A DNA stretch of 64,000 nucleotides from an uncultured Planctomycetota bacterium (GTDB lineage Bacteria > Planctomycetota > Planctomycetia > Pirellulales > Lacipirellulaceae), in contig CAWIXI010000019.1 in NCBI GenBank assembly GCA_963840025.1, forward strand, positions 44,485 to 108,484. The letters run 5' to 3'. Positions 34,009 to 45,035 of the stretch are shown here, piece by piece; the stretch's first letter is position 1; the number at the start of each line of letters is the position of its first letter. The notes beneath the pieces are model-generated. The model saw nothing but the letters and a program-made list of their open reading frames with translations. It was not told where the DNA came from and searched no databases. The translations under genes were made by a program, and so were the position numbers.

Positions 34009-35138
34009 ATTTTCCTGCTGCAACGAGCGTACCATCGAGCTTTCAGCCAAGGGAAGCGATTTTTCCGGGGGACGATGACCTTGATGAATTTTTATCCGTG
34101 AATGCACCAGACCATTTGACCGTCCCGCCAGGTTTGCGAATTGCACGTCTGCTCCTCGTAATCGTCTTGGTCCATGCGCAACTCGGCCTTGCGGCCGAGC
34201 CGGCTGCGACAGGCGGCCGCGAGGACCTCACGTGGACCGACCCGAACCAGGCCGCCGCTGATGATCCTGATTTTCTCGTCCAGGGAGATTATGGCGACGA
34301 TCGCCCAAGCGCGGCATGGGGGCTCCAGGTGGTTGCGCTGGGAGGCGGCCAGTTCGATGCTTATCTGTTGGAGGGAGGGTTGCCTGGCGCCGGGTGGACT
34401 CGCCAGAAGAAGCGAATCAAACTGAGCGGCACTCTCCAAAACGGCATCGTCAAACTCGACTCGCCGGATGCGGCGTACGCGGCAACTATTCAAGACCATG
34501 CAGCGAAGGTTTTTGAAAAGGGTCGACTCCTCGTCGACTTGCCGAAGATTGAGCGCAAGAGTCCCACCTTGGGCACCGCGCCGCCTGAAGGCGCCGTGGT
34601 GCTCTTCGACGGGACCTCTGCCGATGCCTGGATCAATGGGCGCATGGCGAATGGTCTACTCGTCAACGATGACATCACGAGCAAGCAAACCTTCGGCGAC
34701 TTCTCGCTGCATCTCGAATTTCGCACGCCGTTCAAGCCATACGCACGCGGGCAGCGTCGTGGAAATAGCGGCGTTTACCTTCAGGGTCGTTACGAGGCTC
34801 AAGTGCTCGATTCGTTCGGCTTGGATGGCCGCAAGAACGAATGTGGTGGGATTTATTCAATCGCAGCTCCCGAAGTGAACGCCTGCTTCCCACCACTCAG
34901 CTGGCAGACTTACGACATTGACTTTACCGCCGCGCGGTTCGGCGGCGGTGGAAAGCTTCTTCACCCTGCGCAAATGACCGTGCGGCTCAACGGTGTTCTC
35001 GTGCAGAACGAGCAACCGCTGCCGCATACGACGACAGCTGCTCCGGTGAAGACGATCACGCCGGATCCAGGGCCGATTTTCATTCAACACCACCGCAACA
35101 TCGTTTATTATCGCAATATTTGGGTTGTGCCGAAGTGA
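34005..35138 (+). CDS. DUF1080 (3-keto-disaccharide hydrolase family) domain protein
   Basis: Intact 377-aa ORF whose ATG overlaps the upstream stop (ATGA). The C-terminal half has FGDFSLHLEFRTP...GNSGVYLQGRYEAQVLDSFG...ECGGIYSIAAP...WQTYDIDFTAARF...MTVRLNGVLVQNE...GPIFIQHHRNIVYYRNIWVVP, typical of DUF1080. Confidence 0.8.
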   Translation: MNFPAATSVPSSFQPREAIFPGDDDLDEFLSVNAPDHLTVPPGLRIARLLLVIVLVHAQLGLAAEPAATGGREDLTWTDPNQAAADDPDFLVQGDYGDDRPSAAWGLQVVALGGGQFDAYLLEGGLPGAGWTRQKKRIKLSGTLQNGIVKLDSPDAAYAATIQDHAAKVFEKGRLLVDLPKIERKSPTLGTAPPEGAVVLFDGTSADAWINGRMANGLLVNDDITSKQTFGDFSLHLEFRTPFKPYARGQRRGNSGVYLQGRYEAQVLDSFGLDGRKNECGGIYSIAAPEVNACFPPLSWQTYDIDFTAARFGGGGKLLHPAQMTVRLNGVLVQNEQPLPHTTTAAPVKTITPDPGPIFIQHHRNIVYYRNIWVVPK

Positions 35139-35218
35139 GACGCGATTGCTCGCGGACTTAAACGGCTTCTTCGTCGCCGGACTCGCGGCAAGCCACAAAA
35201 AGACGTACGAGGTAACCA

Positions 35219-36976
35219 TTGACTTTCTCGAACTTCCACCGATGTCTCCGGTCTGCAACGCCAGCACGACTTGCTCATCAACTGGTGCTGCTCACCTTTG
35301 CGCTAGGGCTATTGGCGGTCCGCGCGACCACGGCGGCGGAGCCCACGACTCCGACGAACGTGCTGCTGATTATGACCGACAATCAGGGCTACTTTGAGCT
35401 GGGCTGCAAAGGCGACCCATACTTGAAAACGCCTAACATCGACGACTTTGCGAAAGAAAGTGTCGATCTTTGCAACTTTCACGCCGAGAACTTCTGTTCT
35501 CCAAGTCGCGCAGCATTGCTCACCGGCCGGCAACCCATGCGATACGGCGTTCACGATACAATCGGCGGCGTTTCGCTTCTCGCAGCGAATGAGGTCACGA
35601 TTGCTGACCGGATGCGAGCTGCCGGGTACAAAACCGGGATCTTTGGGAAGTGGCATCTCGGCATGTCGTACCCGTTTCACCCCATGTACCGCGGCTTTGA
35701 TGAAGTCTTCATCAATGGTGGCGGCGGCATCGGGCAGCTGGAGGATTACCTTGGCAACAACCACATGAATGCACATTTCCAGCACAACGGGAAGTGGGTG
35801 CCGACGACCGGGTATTCGAGCGATGTACTCTTCGATCGTGCAGCGCAGTTTATTAAGTCGTGCGGAGATCAAGCATTCTTTTGTTACATTCCGACCCCCG
35901 CCGTTCACTTTCCCGTGCAGGCTGAACCCGTGGCGCTCGCCCGAATTCGCAAGCGCGGAGTCACGCCCAAGGAAGCCAGCCTGAGTCTGCTTTCAATGAT
36001 TGAAAACATCGACGACAACGTCGGACGATTGCTGAGAAAGCTCGACGAATGGAACTTGAGCGACAACACGCTGGTAATCTTCATGAGTGATCAGGGTGTT
36101 GGAGATGAGGGCTCGCCGAAACCGGTCTGGCCGGGCAAGGGCAGAAAGGACGTGGGCAATGCCGGCGAGGGCAAGCATCGCGTGTTCTGCATGATGCGTA
36201 AACCGGGGCTCACCGTCGCCGGCGAAAACCAGGCGCTGGTCTGCATCCGGGACGTGTGTCCAACGATCTTCGACGTCTGCGGTCTTGAAATCCCCGACAA
36301 TTTGGACGGTCGCAGCTTAGTGCCAATTCTCAAGGGCAACGCAGACTGGCAGGACGAGCGGGCGATCGTCATGCAATGTCCGCGAAATCGGAAACGCACC
36401 AAGTGGCGCAATGCCGTGGTCAAACAAGGTGATTGGCGATTGATCAACGGCGATCGGCTGTACGACATCGCCAGTGACTCGCTCGAAGAAAGAAACGTGG
36501 CCGCACTACACCCGGACGTGGTCGCCCGCCTGAACGCCGTCTACGACAAATTCTGGAATAGCCTTCCGCCCGAGGAAGAATTGCTTAACCGGCACATCCT
36601 GGGAGCGCCGGAATGTCCGACCACACAGCTGTGCGCAATGGATTGGTACAAAGGAGACGCACCTTGGACACAGGGACCGATCACCGCCAAACGCAGCCAG
36701 GGAGCGTGGGCCGTTCAGGTTCAGCGAGGCGGGCGATATCGATTTGAGCTGCGGCTCGCCCGAAAAGAAACCCCCGTACCGATTGGTGCAACGTCTGCAC
36801 GCATTCGCGTCGGACAGGTGGAAGCAGAGGCGCCGATGAAGCCCCAAGACGACGTGGCAATTCTCGAAGTTGATCTCCAGCCCGGAGAGTATGACCTCGA
36901 GACGTGGTTTCAGGGGACGGATGGCCGATCGTGGGGCGCCTTGTTCCTTGATGTGAAGTACGAATCCCGGTCTTAA
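35219..36976 (+). CDS. Cys-type S1 arylsulfatase with C-terminal beta-sandwich extension
   Basis: Intact 585-aa ORF with signal peptide, TNVLLIMTDNQGYFELGCKGDPYLKTPNIDDFA, ENFCSPSRAALLTGRQP, GKWHLG and FMSDQG. Confidence 0.9.
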   Translation: MTFSNFHRCLRSATPARLAHQLVLLTFALGLLAVRATTAAEPTTPTNVLLIMTDNQGYFELGCKGDPYLKTPNIDDFAKESVDLCNFHAENFCSPSRAALLTGRQPMRYGVHDTIGGVSLLAANEVTIADRMRAAGYKTGIFGKWHLGMSYPFHPMYRGFDEVFINGGGGIGQLEDYLGNNHMNAHFQHNGKWVPTTGYSSDVLFDRAAQFIKSCGDQAFFCYIPTPAVHFPVQAEPVALARIRKRGVTPKEASLSLLSMIENIDDNVGRLLRKLDEWNLSDNTLVIFMSDQGVGDEGSPKPVWPGKGRKDVGNAGEGKHRVFCMMRKPGLTVAGENQALVCIRDVCPTIFDVCGLEIPDNLDGRSLVPILKGNADWQDERAIVMQCPRNRKRTKWRNAVVKQGDWRLINGDRLYDIASDSLEERNVAALHPDVVARLNAVYDKFWNSLPPEEELLNRHILGAPECPTTQLCAMDWYKGDAPWTQGPITAKRSQGAWAVQVQRGGRYRFELRLARKETPVPIGATSARIRVGQVEAEAPMKPQDDVAILEVDLQPGEYDLETWFQGTDGRSWGALFLDVKYESRS

Positions 36977-37020
36977 CGTATCCAGTGTATATGATTTGTG
37001 TCCTGACAGGAGTGAGAGAA

Positions 37021-38407
37021 GTGTCGAAGAACAAACCAACCCGCCGCGGCTTCCTGAAGACGACCGTTTGCACGGGTATTGGCGTTACGGTTCCTTATTT
37101 CTTTAGTCCCCAATTGGCGACGGCGCAGGCCACTGGATCACTTAACGATCGCTTGAAGATCGGCTTGGTCGGAGCGGGTGGCATGGGCAAGGGCAATGCC
37201 GATGCTGCTCGAAAGTGGTGCGACGTGGTGGCGATCGCGGACGTCGACAGTGGACGCGCCGCAGAGGCCAATAAGAAGCTCAGCACGGGCAAGGCCGACA
37301 CTTATGGCGACTATCGCAAGGTTTTGGAACGAAACGATCTCGATGCGCTCTTAATTGCGACACCCGACCATTGGCACACCAAGGTGTTGATCGAGGGCTT
37401 GAAGGCGGGACACGACATCTATTGTGAGAAACCTCTCACTCTCACGATTGACGAAGGGAAGCTCGTTCGAAAGGCGGCCAAAGAGTCGGGCCAAATCGTT
37501 CAGGTCGGAACGCAGCAACGCAGCGACTTTCGACCTGTTTGTCAAAGCGATTGCAATGGTCGCCGCAGGTCGACTCGGTCATATCCACCGAGTGCAAGCG
37601 GCCATTGGCGGTGCCCCCACCAGCCCGACTATACCTACCGTACCGCCGCCTCAGGAACTCGATTGGGACCGGTGGCTTGGACCCGCGCCGTCTACGGACT
37701 ATCGCTGGAAAGCGGTCAAGCAGGAATCCGGACGCGACACTTATTACACCAATTGCCACTATGAATTTCGGTGGTGGTACCAGTATTCAGGAGGAAAGTT
37801 GACCGACTGGGGGGCTCACCATGTCGACATTGCGATGTGGGCGCTGCGGACGAACGGTCAAGACGGCGGCCTCATTTCGATCGATGGCAAGGCAACTCAC
37901 CCGGTGCCTTTTCGAGACGGCTATCCGTTGCAGAACGACCGATATAACACGGCCACGAACTTCTTGCTCAAGGCAGCATTCCCGGGCGGAACGGAATTGG
38001 TCATTCGCGACGATACGCAGAACGGCGTCCTGATCGAAGGCGACAAGGGCCGAATTTTCGTCAATCGCGGCAAACTGACTGGAAAACCCGTCAACGACTT
38101 AGCTGATGATCCACTTCCCGAAGGCGCAATTCAAAAGGCGTACAAAGGCTTCCCAGTGCCAGCCCATTTGAAGGGGAAAGAGGCGCATTGGGAAAACTTC
38201 GTGCGCTGTCTGCGTAAGCGCAAGCAACCTATTTCTGACGTGGAGTCACACATGGATGCCCTCAACGTTTGCCACCTGGCGGGCATCTCCGCTCGCCTGG
38301 GTCGCTCGATCAAATGGGACAGTCAGGCTGAACAGATTCTCGGCGACGAACAAGCGAACGAATTCCTGGCACGCGAGTACCGCAAGGGATTTGAGATCGA
38401 GGTGTAA
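37021..38407 (+). pseudogene. TAT-exported Gfo/Idh/MocA family oxidoreductase, one frame break
   Basis: GTG 37021 opens SKNKPTRRGFLKTTVCTG (twin-arginine signal). Then come LKIGLVGAGGMGKGN (Rossmann), IATPDHWH and YCEKPLT in the frame of ORF 36985..37764. [30 protein letters not shown]...[12 protein letters not shown] is in ORF 37424..38407. The break lies near 37515-37525. Confidence 0.85.
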
Positions 38408-38433
38408 GTGAACATGGGCGCGCTATATTCCCC

Positions 38434-39027
38434 ATGGCACAACTGCTTTTCGTGAGACAATACACAGTGATGTCGAACCTTTGTCGTCACATTTGTTGTA
38501 TCCTTGCCGCAGTCTGCTCACTCCAAACGTGCGCGGCGGCGGACAGGGCAGCTCGGCACGACGCAGTTCAACAGCATCTCAGAGATGAAATACGCTTGCT
38601 CGGCCATCGAAACTGGATCGTGATCGCCGACATGGCTTACCCCAAGCAGGTGAGTCCGGGTATCGAAACGGTGTACGTTGGCGGCGACCACCTGAGCGCA
38701 ATTCGTGAAGTGATCGACACGGTCAACGACTCCCCGCACGTCCGGCCAGTGGTCTACCTCGATAAGGAACTCAGCGCAGTTTCCGACACTGACGCGCCGG
38801 GTATCGGCGCTTTTCGCGAGGGATTGGCCAAAGTGTTGGATACGAACGAGACTACCAACCTACCGCACGAAGCCATGCTGGCCAAATTGGATAAGGCAGC
38901 CAAGACCTACACAGTAGTGATTCTCAAGACCGATTGCACCCTTCCTTACACAACCGTCTTTGTAAGACTTGAATGCGGTTATTGGTCCGACGCCGCAGAA
39001 AAACGCATGCGGAAATCGTTGCAGTAG
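38434..39027 (+). CDS. secreted hypothetical protein with remote RbsD/FucU (sugar mutarotase/pyranase)-like features
   Basis: Intact ORF, probable start ATG 38470 (MSNLCRHICCILAAVCSLQTCAA signal peptide). LLGHRNWIVIADMAYP and the C-terminal KTYTVVILKTDCTLPYTTVFVRLECG resemble the RbsD/FucU blocks (MGHGDEIV.ADA.FP ... ITGE...YGNI.L..G) by eye only. Confidence 0.4.
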   Translation: MAQLLFVRQYTVMSNLCRHICCILAAVCSLQTCAAADRAARHDAVQQHLRDEIRLLGHRNWIVIADMAYPKQVSPGIETVYVGGDHLSAIREVIDTVNDSPHVRPVVYLDKELSAVSDTDAPGIGAFREGLAKVLDTNETTNLPHEAMLAKLDKAAKTYTVVILKTDCTLPYTTVFVRLECGYWSDAAEKRMRKSLQ

Positions 39028-39100
39028 GTTTGCCCACCTTTGTATGTGGCGCGGTGAACAAATCACATTGCTCGCCGATGCCGTCAAGGAACTCGATAGA

Positions 39101-41899
39101 ATGTACCTCCTGCAGAACGCTCCGCGCAAGACCTGCTCGCCTATCGCCTTCCACTCGGGAATTGGCCGGCGGGTTGCGGCGCTCGCAGCTCTTGCGCTAG
39201 CGTGTGTAGTGCAATCGCGTTCGGCCGACGGCGAGCGGCTCCCGGAGTGTGCTCTACGAATGCCGCCTCAAGTGGTTGAGAAGTTGAGCGGCGATCAGGT
39301 GATGCGCCAATTGAGCGATGACTCGGACAAGACCCTTGCCGTGAAAAAATTCGACCCCGAGTGGGTGCAGTCCTTGGCTGACCGGGGAAAGCCGATTGTT
39401 TACACACGGGAAAACAGTGCTGATTTTGAATATATCGGCATGCCCATCGGAGGGATCGCGGCTGGGCAGGTGTACTTGGGTGGCGATGGCAAACTGTGGT
39501 ATTGGGATGTCTTTAATACCAAGAATACGCGAGACACGCATGGCGTTCGGAGCTACGCCCAGCCATACAGAAGATCGGATACCGACGATCCCGCTGTGAA
39601 TACGCTCAAACAGGGCTTTGCGATCCGCCTGCACTCAGCCAATAAGTCAATCACAAAGTCGCTTGACCGCAGTGGATTCACGCACATCACCTTTAAGGGA
39701 CAATATCCGATCGGTGAAGTAACGTATTCCGACGATAGCCTTCCCGTAGACATCAAGTTGCAGGCGTTCAGTCCGTTTGTCCCGTTGGACCTGGAAAGCT
39801 CCAATTACCCGGCGACAGTATTGGTCTATTCGGTCACCAACACGGGAGAAGGAGATGTAACTGGCGAAGTGTTCGGCTGGCTGGAAAACGCGGTCTGCCT
39901 TGAGAGCAAACGGTTGCGCAGTATTGCGCTGCGCAATCGAGTTGAACAAGAGCCCCGTCTCACGATGCTGCAGTGTGACGCACTGGAGCCCCAACGGTCG
40001 GACGATGATAAGAGAGAGACTCATCCGGTTCAACAGCTGCCCGACTACGGGTCGATGGCGCTGGCCGTCCTCGCCGAGAAACCCGCAGCCGTGGCGACGA
40101 CGGACTTCAGTCCCCCAGATGGCCCGTTGACTGCGAAACAGAATTCCGTTTCACGTTCGGAAGATTCTTCGCCGGTCGGAGCAGTCGGGGCCCGATTCCA
40201 CCTCAAGCCGGGCGAATCGAAACAAGTTCGCTTCGTGTTGGCTTGGTATTTTCCCAATACGAGCGGTTTCCCGATCAGCACCCCTCAAGGCCGCTATTAT
40301 GGTGCTCGATTCGATTCAGCTGCCGCAGTCGCTCGGGAGATCGCGGACAAATGGGATTACTTGACGACGGAAACTCGTCGGTGGCGAGACACTTGGTACG
40401 AATCGACGCTGCCCTATTGGTTTCTCGACCGTACATTCCTGAACACGTCCTGTTTGGCAACCAACACGTGCTATTTGTTCCGCGATGGGCGATTCTACGG
40501 CTACGAAGGCGTCTACCACGGTCACGGCACCTGCACTCACGTTTGGGGCTACGTGCAGGCACTTGGACGGCTGTTTCCCGTGCTCGAACAACGCCTGCGA
40601 GAAATGGTCGACTTCAAGCCCGGCGTCGGATTCGATCCGTCGACCGGAGAGATCTTTCACCGCGGTGAGAGCTGGAAGAAGGATTTCGTCGACGGTCAGT
40701 CGGGAGTCATCTTGCGCACGTACCTTGTGCACGAAATGCAGCCTGACGATGCCTTTTTAAATCGCGTTTATCCGGCCCTTAAGAAGGCGATGAATTTTTT
40801 GACCAACGAGTATGATGCCGACCGAGACGGCATTTTGACCGGCGCCCAATTCAACACGCTTGACGCGGCGTGGTACGGCAAAATTACGTGGCTCAGCCTG
40901 CATTACACAGCGGCTCTGCGCGCGGCTGCGGCGATGGCGGATGAAGTCGGCGACAACGTCTACGCCGAGGACTGTCGGCGACTTGCCGATCGTGGCAGAG
41001 AGTACATCGAATCGAATCTCTTTAACGGCGAGTACTTTTTTCACGAGGCCGATCCGGAACACCCGGAATCGCCCGGCAGTTACAACGGTTTGGAATATAG
41101 CCAGCTCCTCGGCCAAAGCTGGGCGTACCAAGTGGGCCTGGGTCCGATTCTCGATCCGGCGAAAGTGAGTACGCACCTCCGGTCGCTCTGGAAATACAAT
41201 TTTACGACAGACGTGGGACCCTTTCGCGAAAAATATTCTAACGGTCGTTGGTTTGCGCTGCCGGGCGAGGGGGGGATCATTGCTTGCACCTGGCCCCACG
41301 GTGGCGACGAAGCACTCCAACTCGGCAAACCGGGCCTTGCCGGCTATCTCAATGAGTGCCAACCCGGCTACGAATGGGCCGTGACGTCGCTGATGATGTG
41401 GCACGGCATGCCGTACCACGCCCTCGCGCACACGCGGACCATGCACGAGCGTTACGATGGTTCCAAGCGCAACCCTTGGAACGAGGTCGAGTGGGGCGAT
41501 CACTATTCGCGTTCCATGGCCAGTTACGGCGTATTCACTGCGGTTTGTGGCTTCGAATACAACGGGCCGCACGGCTACATCGCTTTTTCTCCCCGGATTA
41601 CTCCGGAGCGATTTAAGGCGGCGTTCACGGCCGCCCAAGGTTGGGGAACCTTTTCCCAACAACGTGACGGCTCGACGCAGAACGAGACCCTCTCAATCCG
41701 CTGGGGAAAATTGCGGTTAATCTGTCTGGCGTTTGACCTGCCCGCCGGAAGAAAGCCGACGTCGGTGCGAGTTGTCGCGTCCGGAAATGAAATCGCCACC
41801 GACTACACCACCCGCGACAATCGCATCATGCTGAGCCTGCGGGAGCCTGTGAACATCACGAAGGGAGAATCGCTGTCGGCCGAGATCTCCTACGAATGA
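39101..41899 (+). CDS. GH116-family glycoside hydrolase (GBA2-type beta-glucosidase/glucosylceramidase-like)
   Basis: Long intact ORF. Start taken at ATG 39101 to avoid overlap with 38434..39027. It has a signal peptide, IGMPIGGIAAGQVYLGGDGKLWYWDVFN (GH116 N-terminal signature) and YHGHGTCTHVWGYVQALGRLFPVLE (catalytic-domain signature). Confidence 0.85.
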   Translation: MYLLQNAPRKTCSPIAFHSGIGRRVAALAALALACVVQSRSADGERLPECALRMPPQVVEKLSGDQVMRQLSDDSDKTLAVKKFDPEWVQSLADRGKPIVYTRENSADFEYIGMPIGGIAAGQVYLGGDGKLWYWDVFNTKNTRDTHGVRSYAQPYRRSDTDDPAVNTLKQGFAIRLHSANKSITKSLDRSGFTHITFKGQYPIGEVTYSDDSLPVDIKLQAFSPFVPLDLESSNYPATVLVYSVTNTGEGDVTGEVFGWLENAVCLESKRLRSIALRNRVEQEPRLTMLQCDALEPQRSDDDKRETHPVQQLPDYGSMALAVLAEKPAAVATTDFSPPDGPLTAKQNSVSRSEDSSPVGAVGARFHLKPGESKQVRFVLAWYFPNTSGFPISTPQGRYYGARFDSAAAVAREIADKWDYLTTETRRWRDTWYESTLPYWFLDRTFLNTSCLATNTCYLFRDGRFYGYEGVYHGHGTCTHVWGYVQALGRLFPVLEQRLREMVDFKPGVGFDPSTGEIFHRGESWKKDFVDGQSGVILRTYLVHEMQPDDAFLNRVYPALKKAMNFLTNEYDADRDGILTGAQFNTLDAAWYGKITWLSLHYTAALRAAAAMADEVGDNVYAEDCRRLADRGREYIESNLFNGEYFFHEADPEHPESPGSYNGLEYSQLLGQSWAYQVGLGPILDPAKVSTHLRSLWKYNFTTDVGPFREKYSNGRWFALPGEGGIIACTWPHGGDEALQLGKPGLAGYLNECQPGYEWAVTSLMMWHGMPYHALAHTRTMHERYDGSKRNPWNEVEWGDHYSRSMASYGVFTAVCGFEYNGPHGYIAFSPRITPERFKAAFTAAQGWGTFSQQRDGSTQNETLSIRWGKLRLICLAFDLPAGRKPTSVRVVASGNEIATDYTTRDNRIMLSLREPVNITKGESLSAEISYE

Positions 41900-41958
41900 A
41901 TGGGCACTCTAAATCATGTTCAAGTAGCTTTATCGAAATTCAAGACTGAGGAGTCATC

Positions 41959-43538
41959 ATGCGAAGCGGTTTCTCGCCTAAAACGTTACGTCGACTCGCG
42001 CTGCCCCTGCTTGCTGGCGTGTTTGCTGTGTCGGCTCTGCTCGTGCCGGCGACGCGACTTTACGCCGACGAGGTGAAAACCGCCCCGCCCGAATTTCAAC
42101 CGACTTGGAAGTCGCTAGCCAAGCATCAGGCGGCACCAGAGTGGTTTCGAGACGCCAAGTTCGGCATTTATTTCCATTGGGGCGTCTATTCCGTACCGGC
42201 CTTTGGCAACGAGTGGTATCCGCGATGGATGTATTTCAAAGGCAGTGACGACTACGAACATCACGTGAAGACCTACGGTGACCCGAACAAATTCGGCTAC
42301 CAGGACTTTGTGCCAATGTTTAAGGCCGAGAATTTTGACGCGGACCAGTGGGCAGAGTTGTTCAAGAAGGCGGGCTCGCTTTGCCGGACCGGTCGCCGAA
42401 CACCACGACGGTTTTGCCATGTGGAAAAGCAAAGCCACTCCCTGGAACGCCTATGACATGGGGCCGCATCGCGACATCGTCGGCGAACTCGAGAAATCGA
42501 TTCGCGGTCAAGGGATGAAGTTTATCACCACGTTTCACCATGCCCGCAATCTTCAGCGTCCGATCACTTCGGGCAAACCGTATCCGGACCGCTCTTACGG
42601 GCACGACAGCCATTATCCGCCAATTCCCGGAATGCCCACGTCGACGAACGACCCTCAGCTGTCCCTGCTCTTCGGCCGCCTGCCGGAAGCAGTATGGCTG
42701 GATCGAATTTGGTTCGGCGAGCTGAAGGAAGTCATCGACGCCTACCACCCGGACATGATTTGGTTCGACGGCTGGCTGGATCGGATACCCGAGCAGAAGC
42801 GGCTCGAATTCGCCGCGTACTACCTCAACGAGGCTGCCAAGCGCAGGCAAGACGTTGTCATCACGCACAAGGATAAGGACTTGCCGGACGACATGTCGGT
42901 CCCCGACTACGAGAAAGGCCGCATGAAAGACCTGACCGATTTCTGGTGGTTGACCGACGACACGATCAGCAAGGGTAGCTGGTGCTATACGGAGGACTTG
43001 CAGATCAAACCCGTGTCCGACGTGCTCCACGTCCTGATCGACATCGTGAGCAAGCGCGGCGTGCTATTGCTGAACATTTCGCCCAAAGCAGACGGAACGA
43101 TACCAGACAACCAGCGTGCGGTACTGCTGACGATGGGAGACTGGCTCGGCAAATACGGCGAGGCGATCTACGACACTCGTCCGTGGATTATTTACGGCGA
43201 AGGTCCCACGAAGATGGATCAGGGGTGGACACTTTGTCAAGTCGCTCACTTACAGCGCAAATGACGTGCGTTATACGCGGTCCAAGGACGGATCCATCAT
43301 TTACGCAACCGTGCTGGGGCGCCCTGAGATCGGCAAGCAATTGCTGCTCAAGTCCTTTGCGGACACGCGGATCGACGGCGACTTGTCGGTCGATAAGGTT
43401 TCCCTCCTCGGCTCCACCGATGACGTCACGTTTTCCAAGACAAAGGACGGCTTGAGCATCACGGTACCGCAGCATGTGCCCGACAACCTGGCAAACGTTT
43501 TCAAGCTCGATGTTACAGGCTCGGCAACGGTCCGTTGA
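41959..43538 (+). pseudogene. GH29 alpha-L-fucosidase, two frame breaks
   Basis: A signal peptide and WFRDAKFGIYFHWGVYSVPAFGNEWYPRWMY are in ORF 41959..42456. RFAGPVAEHHDGFAMWKS...GVLLLNISPKADGTIP is in ORF 42278..43264. GHFVKSLTYSANDVRYTRSKDGSIIYATVLG... is in the frame of ORF 43266..43538. Breaks lie near 42373 and at the G-run near 43222-43228. Confidence 0.85.
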
Positions 43539-43621
43539 CGCGGAAAGTATAGTATGCGAGGTGATTCGATATGTCGGCCGACGGTTCATCATGGCAGAGC
43601 TATTCATAAGAAAGGTTTGAG

Positions 43622-45035
43622 ATGCGTCGAATATTTTCAGGCGTCGTCTGCAGTATTCTGCTGGCGACGGCGGTGGGAATTGGTGCGTTCGCGGCGTCGC
43701 TTCCTGTCGCCGCGGCCGACGCGGCGCGGCCGAACATTGTGGTCATTCTCACCGACGACCAAGGCTACCAGGATCTCGGCTGCTACGGTTCGCCCAATAT
43801 CGTGACGCCTCATATCGACCAACTCGCGGCAGAAGGAATCCGCTTTACCGATTACTATTCGCCATTTCCGGTCTGTTCCGCATCACGAGCCGGGTTGATG
43901 ACCGGCTGTTACCAACCGCGAATTAGCATGCCGGGAGTCCTGGGACCGCATTCGCGCGTTGCTCTGAACCCCAACGAGGTGACGATTGCCGAAGTTGTGA
44001 AGCCACTCGGGTACGCCACGTGCTTTATCGGCAAGTGGCACCTAGGCGATTCTCCAGCGACCCTGCCAACGTCACAGGGCTTCGACCGCTATTATGGGCT
44101 CCCCTATAGCAACGACATGGCGCGACAGAAGGGATGGGGAAACGACCCCGACTCTCTCGATCGCATTTGGAAAGAAAAACGCTGGGACATCTACAACAAT
44201 CAGCTTTATCGCGATCGAGACGTTATCGAATCGCCCGTGAACCAGGTAACGCTGACTGATCGGTACACTGCCGAAGCGCTCCGTTTCATCCGGGAAAACC
44301 GCAACGGTCACTTCTATTTGCAGCTGGCCACCAGTATGCCCCATGTCCCACTGTTTGTTTCGGACGAGCGCTACACGCCAAACCCGCACCTAGCCTACAA
44401 AGCGGCGATCGAGCATGTTGATTGGGCGGTGGGCCAAATCATGGCCACGTTGGACGAGCTGGGACTGACGGACAACACGTTGGTCGTTTACACGAGCGAC
44501 AATGGCCCGTGGCTGGTCAAGAAGCATCACGCCGGTTTAGCACTCCCCTTGCGCGACGGCAAGGCCACAACGTATGAAGGAGGCATGCGCGTGCCCGGTA
44601 TCTTTCGGTGGCCCGCCCGCATTGAGGCCGGCGGCGTGAGCCGGCAGGTGGCTTCCTCGGTCGATTTGCTGCCGACAATCGCTGCAATTGTCGGTGCGCA
44701 GCCGAAGTTGAGTGGACCGATCGACGGACTCGACATTTCGGAGCTTTTGACGGATCCCAAGGCACGCTCGCCTCACGATACCAAAGGCTTCTATTACTGT
44801 TGGCGTGATCGAGTGTCGGCAATCCGGTTAGGAAAATGGAAGCTCCGACGTGGCGACGCGCCGCAACTTTACGACCTGCGCGCACGACATCGGCGAATCG
44901 AACAATCTCGCCGTCGAACATCCCGAAGAGGTCGTCCGGCTCGAGCAGATTGCCGCAAAGTACGAGCAGGACATGTTGCGCCAAGCCCGACCGGCCTGGC
45001 ACAAGCCGGAGAAGAACGTGAGCGGTACGAATTGA
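43622..45035 (+). pseudogene. Cys-type S1 arylsulfatase (C-S-A-S-R motif), one frame break near the C-terminus
   Basis: RPNIVVILTDDQGYQDLGCYGSPNIVTPHIDQLA, PFPVCSASRAGLMTGCY and GKWHLG are in ORF 43622..45055. The tail HDIGESNNLAVEHPEEVVRLEQIAAKYEQDM is in the frame of ORF 44850..45035. The break lies near 44878-44884. Confidence 0.85.

Noticed and set aside
38969-39100. N-terminal 44 codons of ORF 38969..41899 (GH116).
   Set aside because: They overlap the 3' end of the preceding gene (38434..39027). A signal-peptide-like sequence follows ATG 39101, so the shorter start was preferred.
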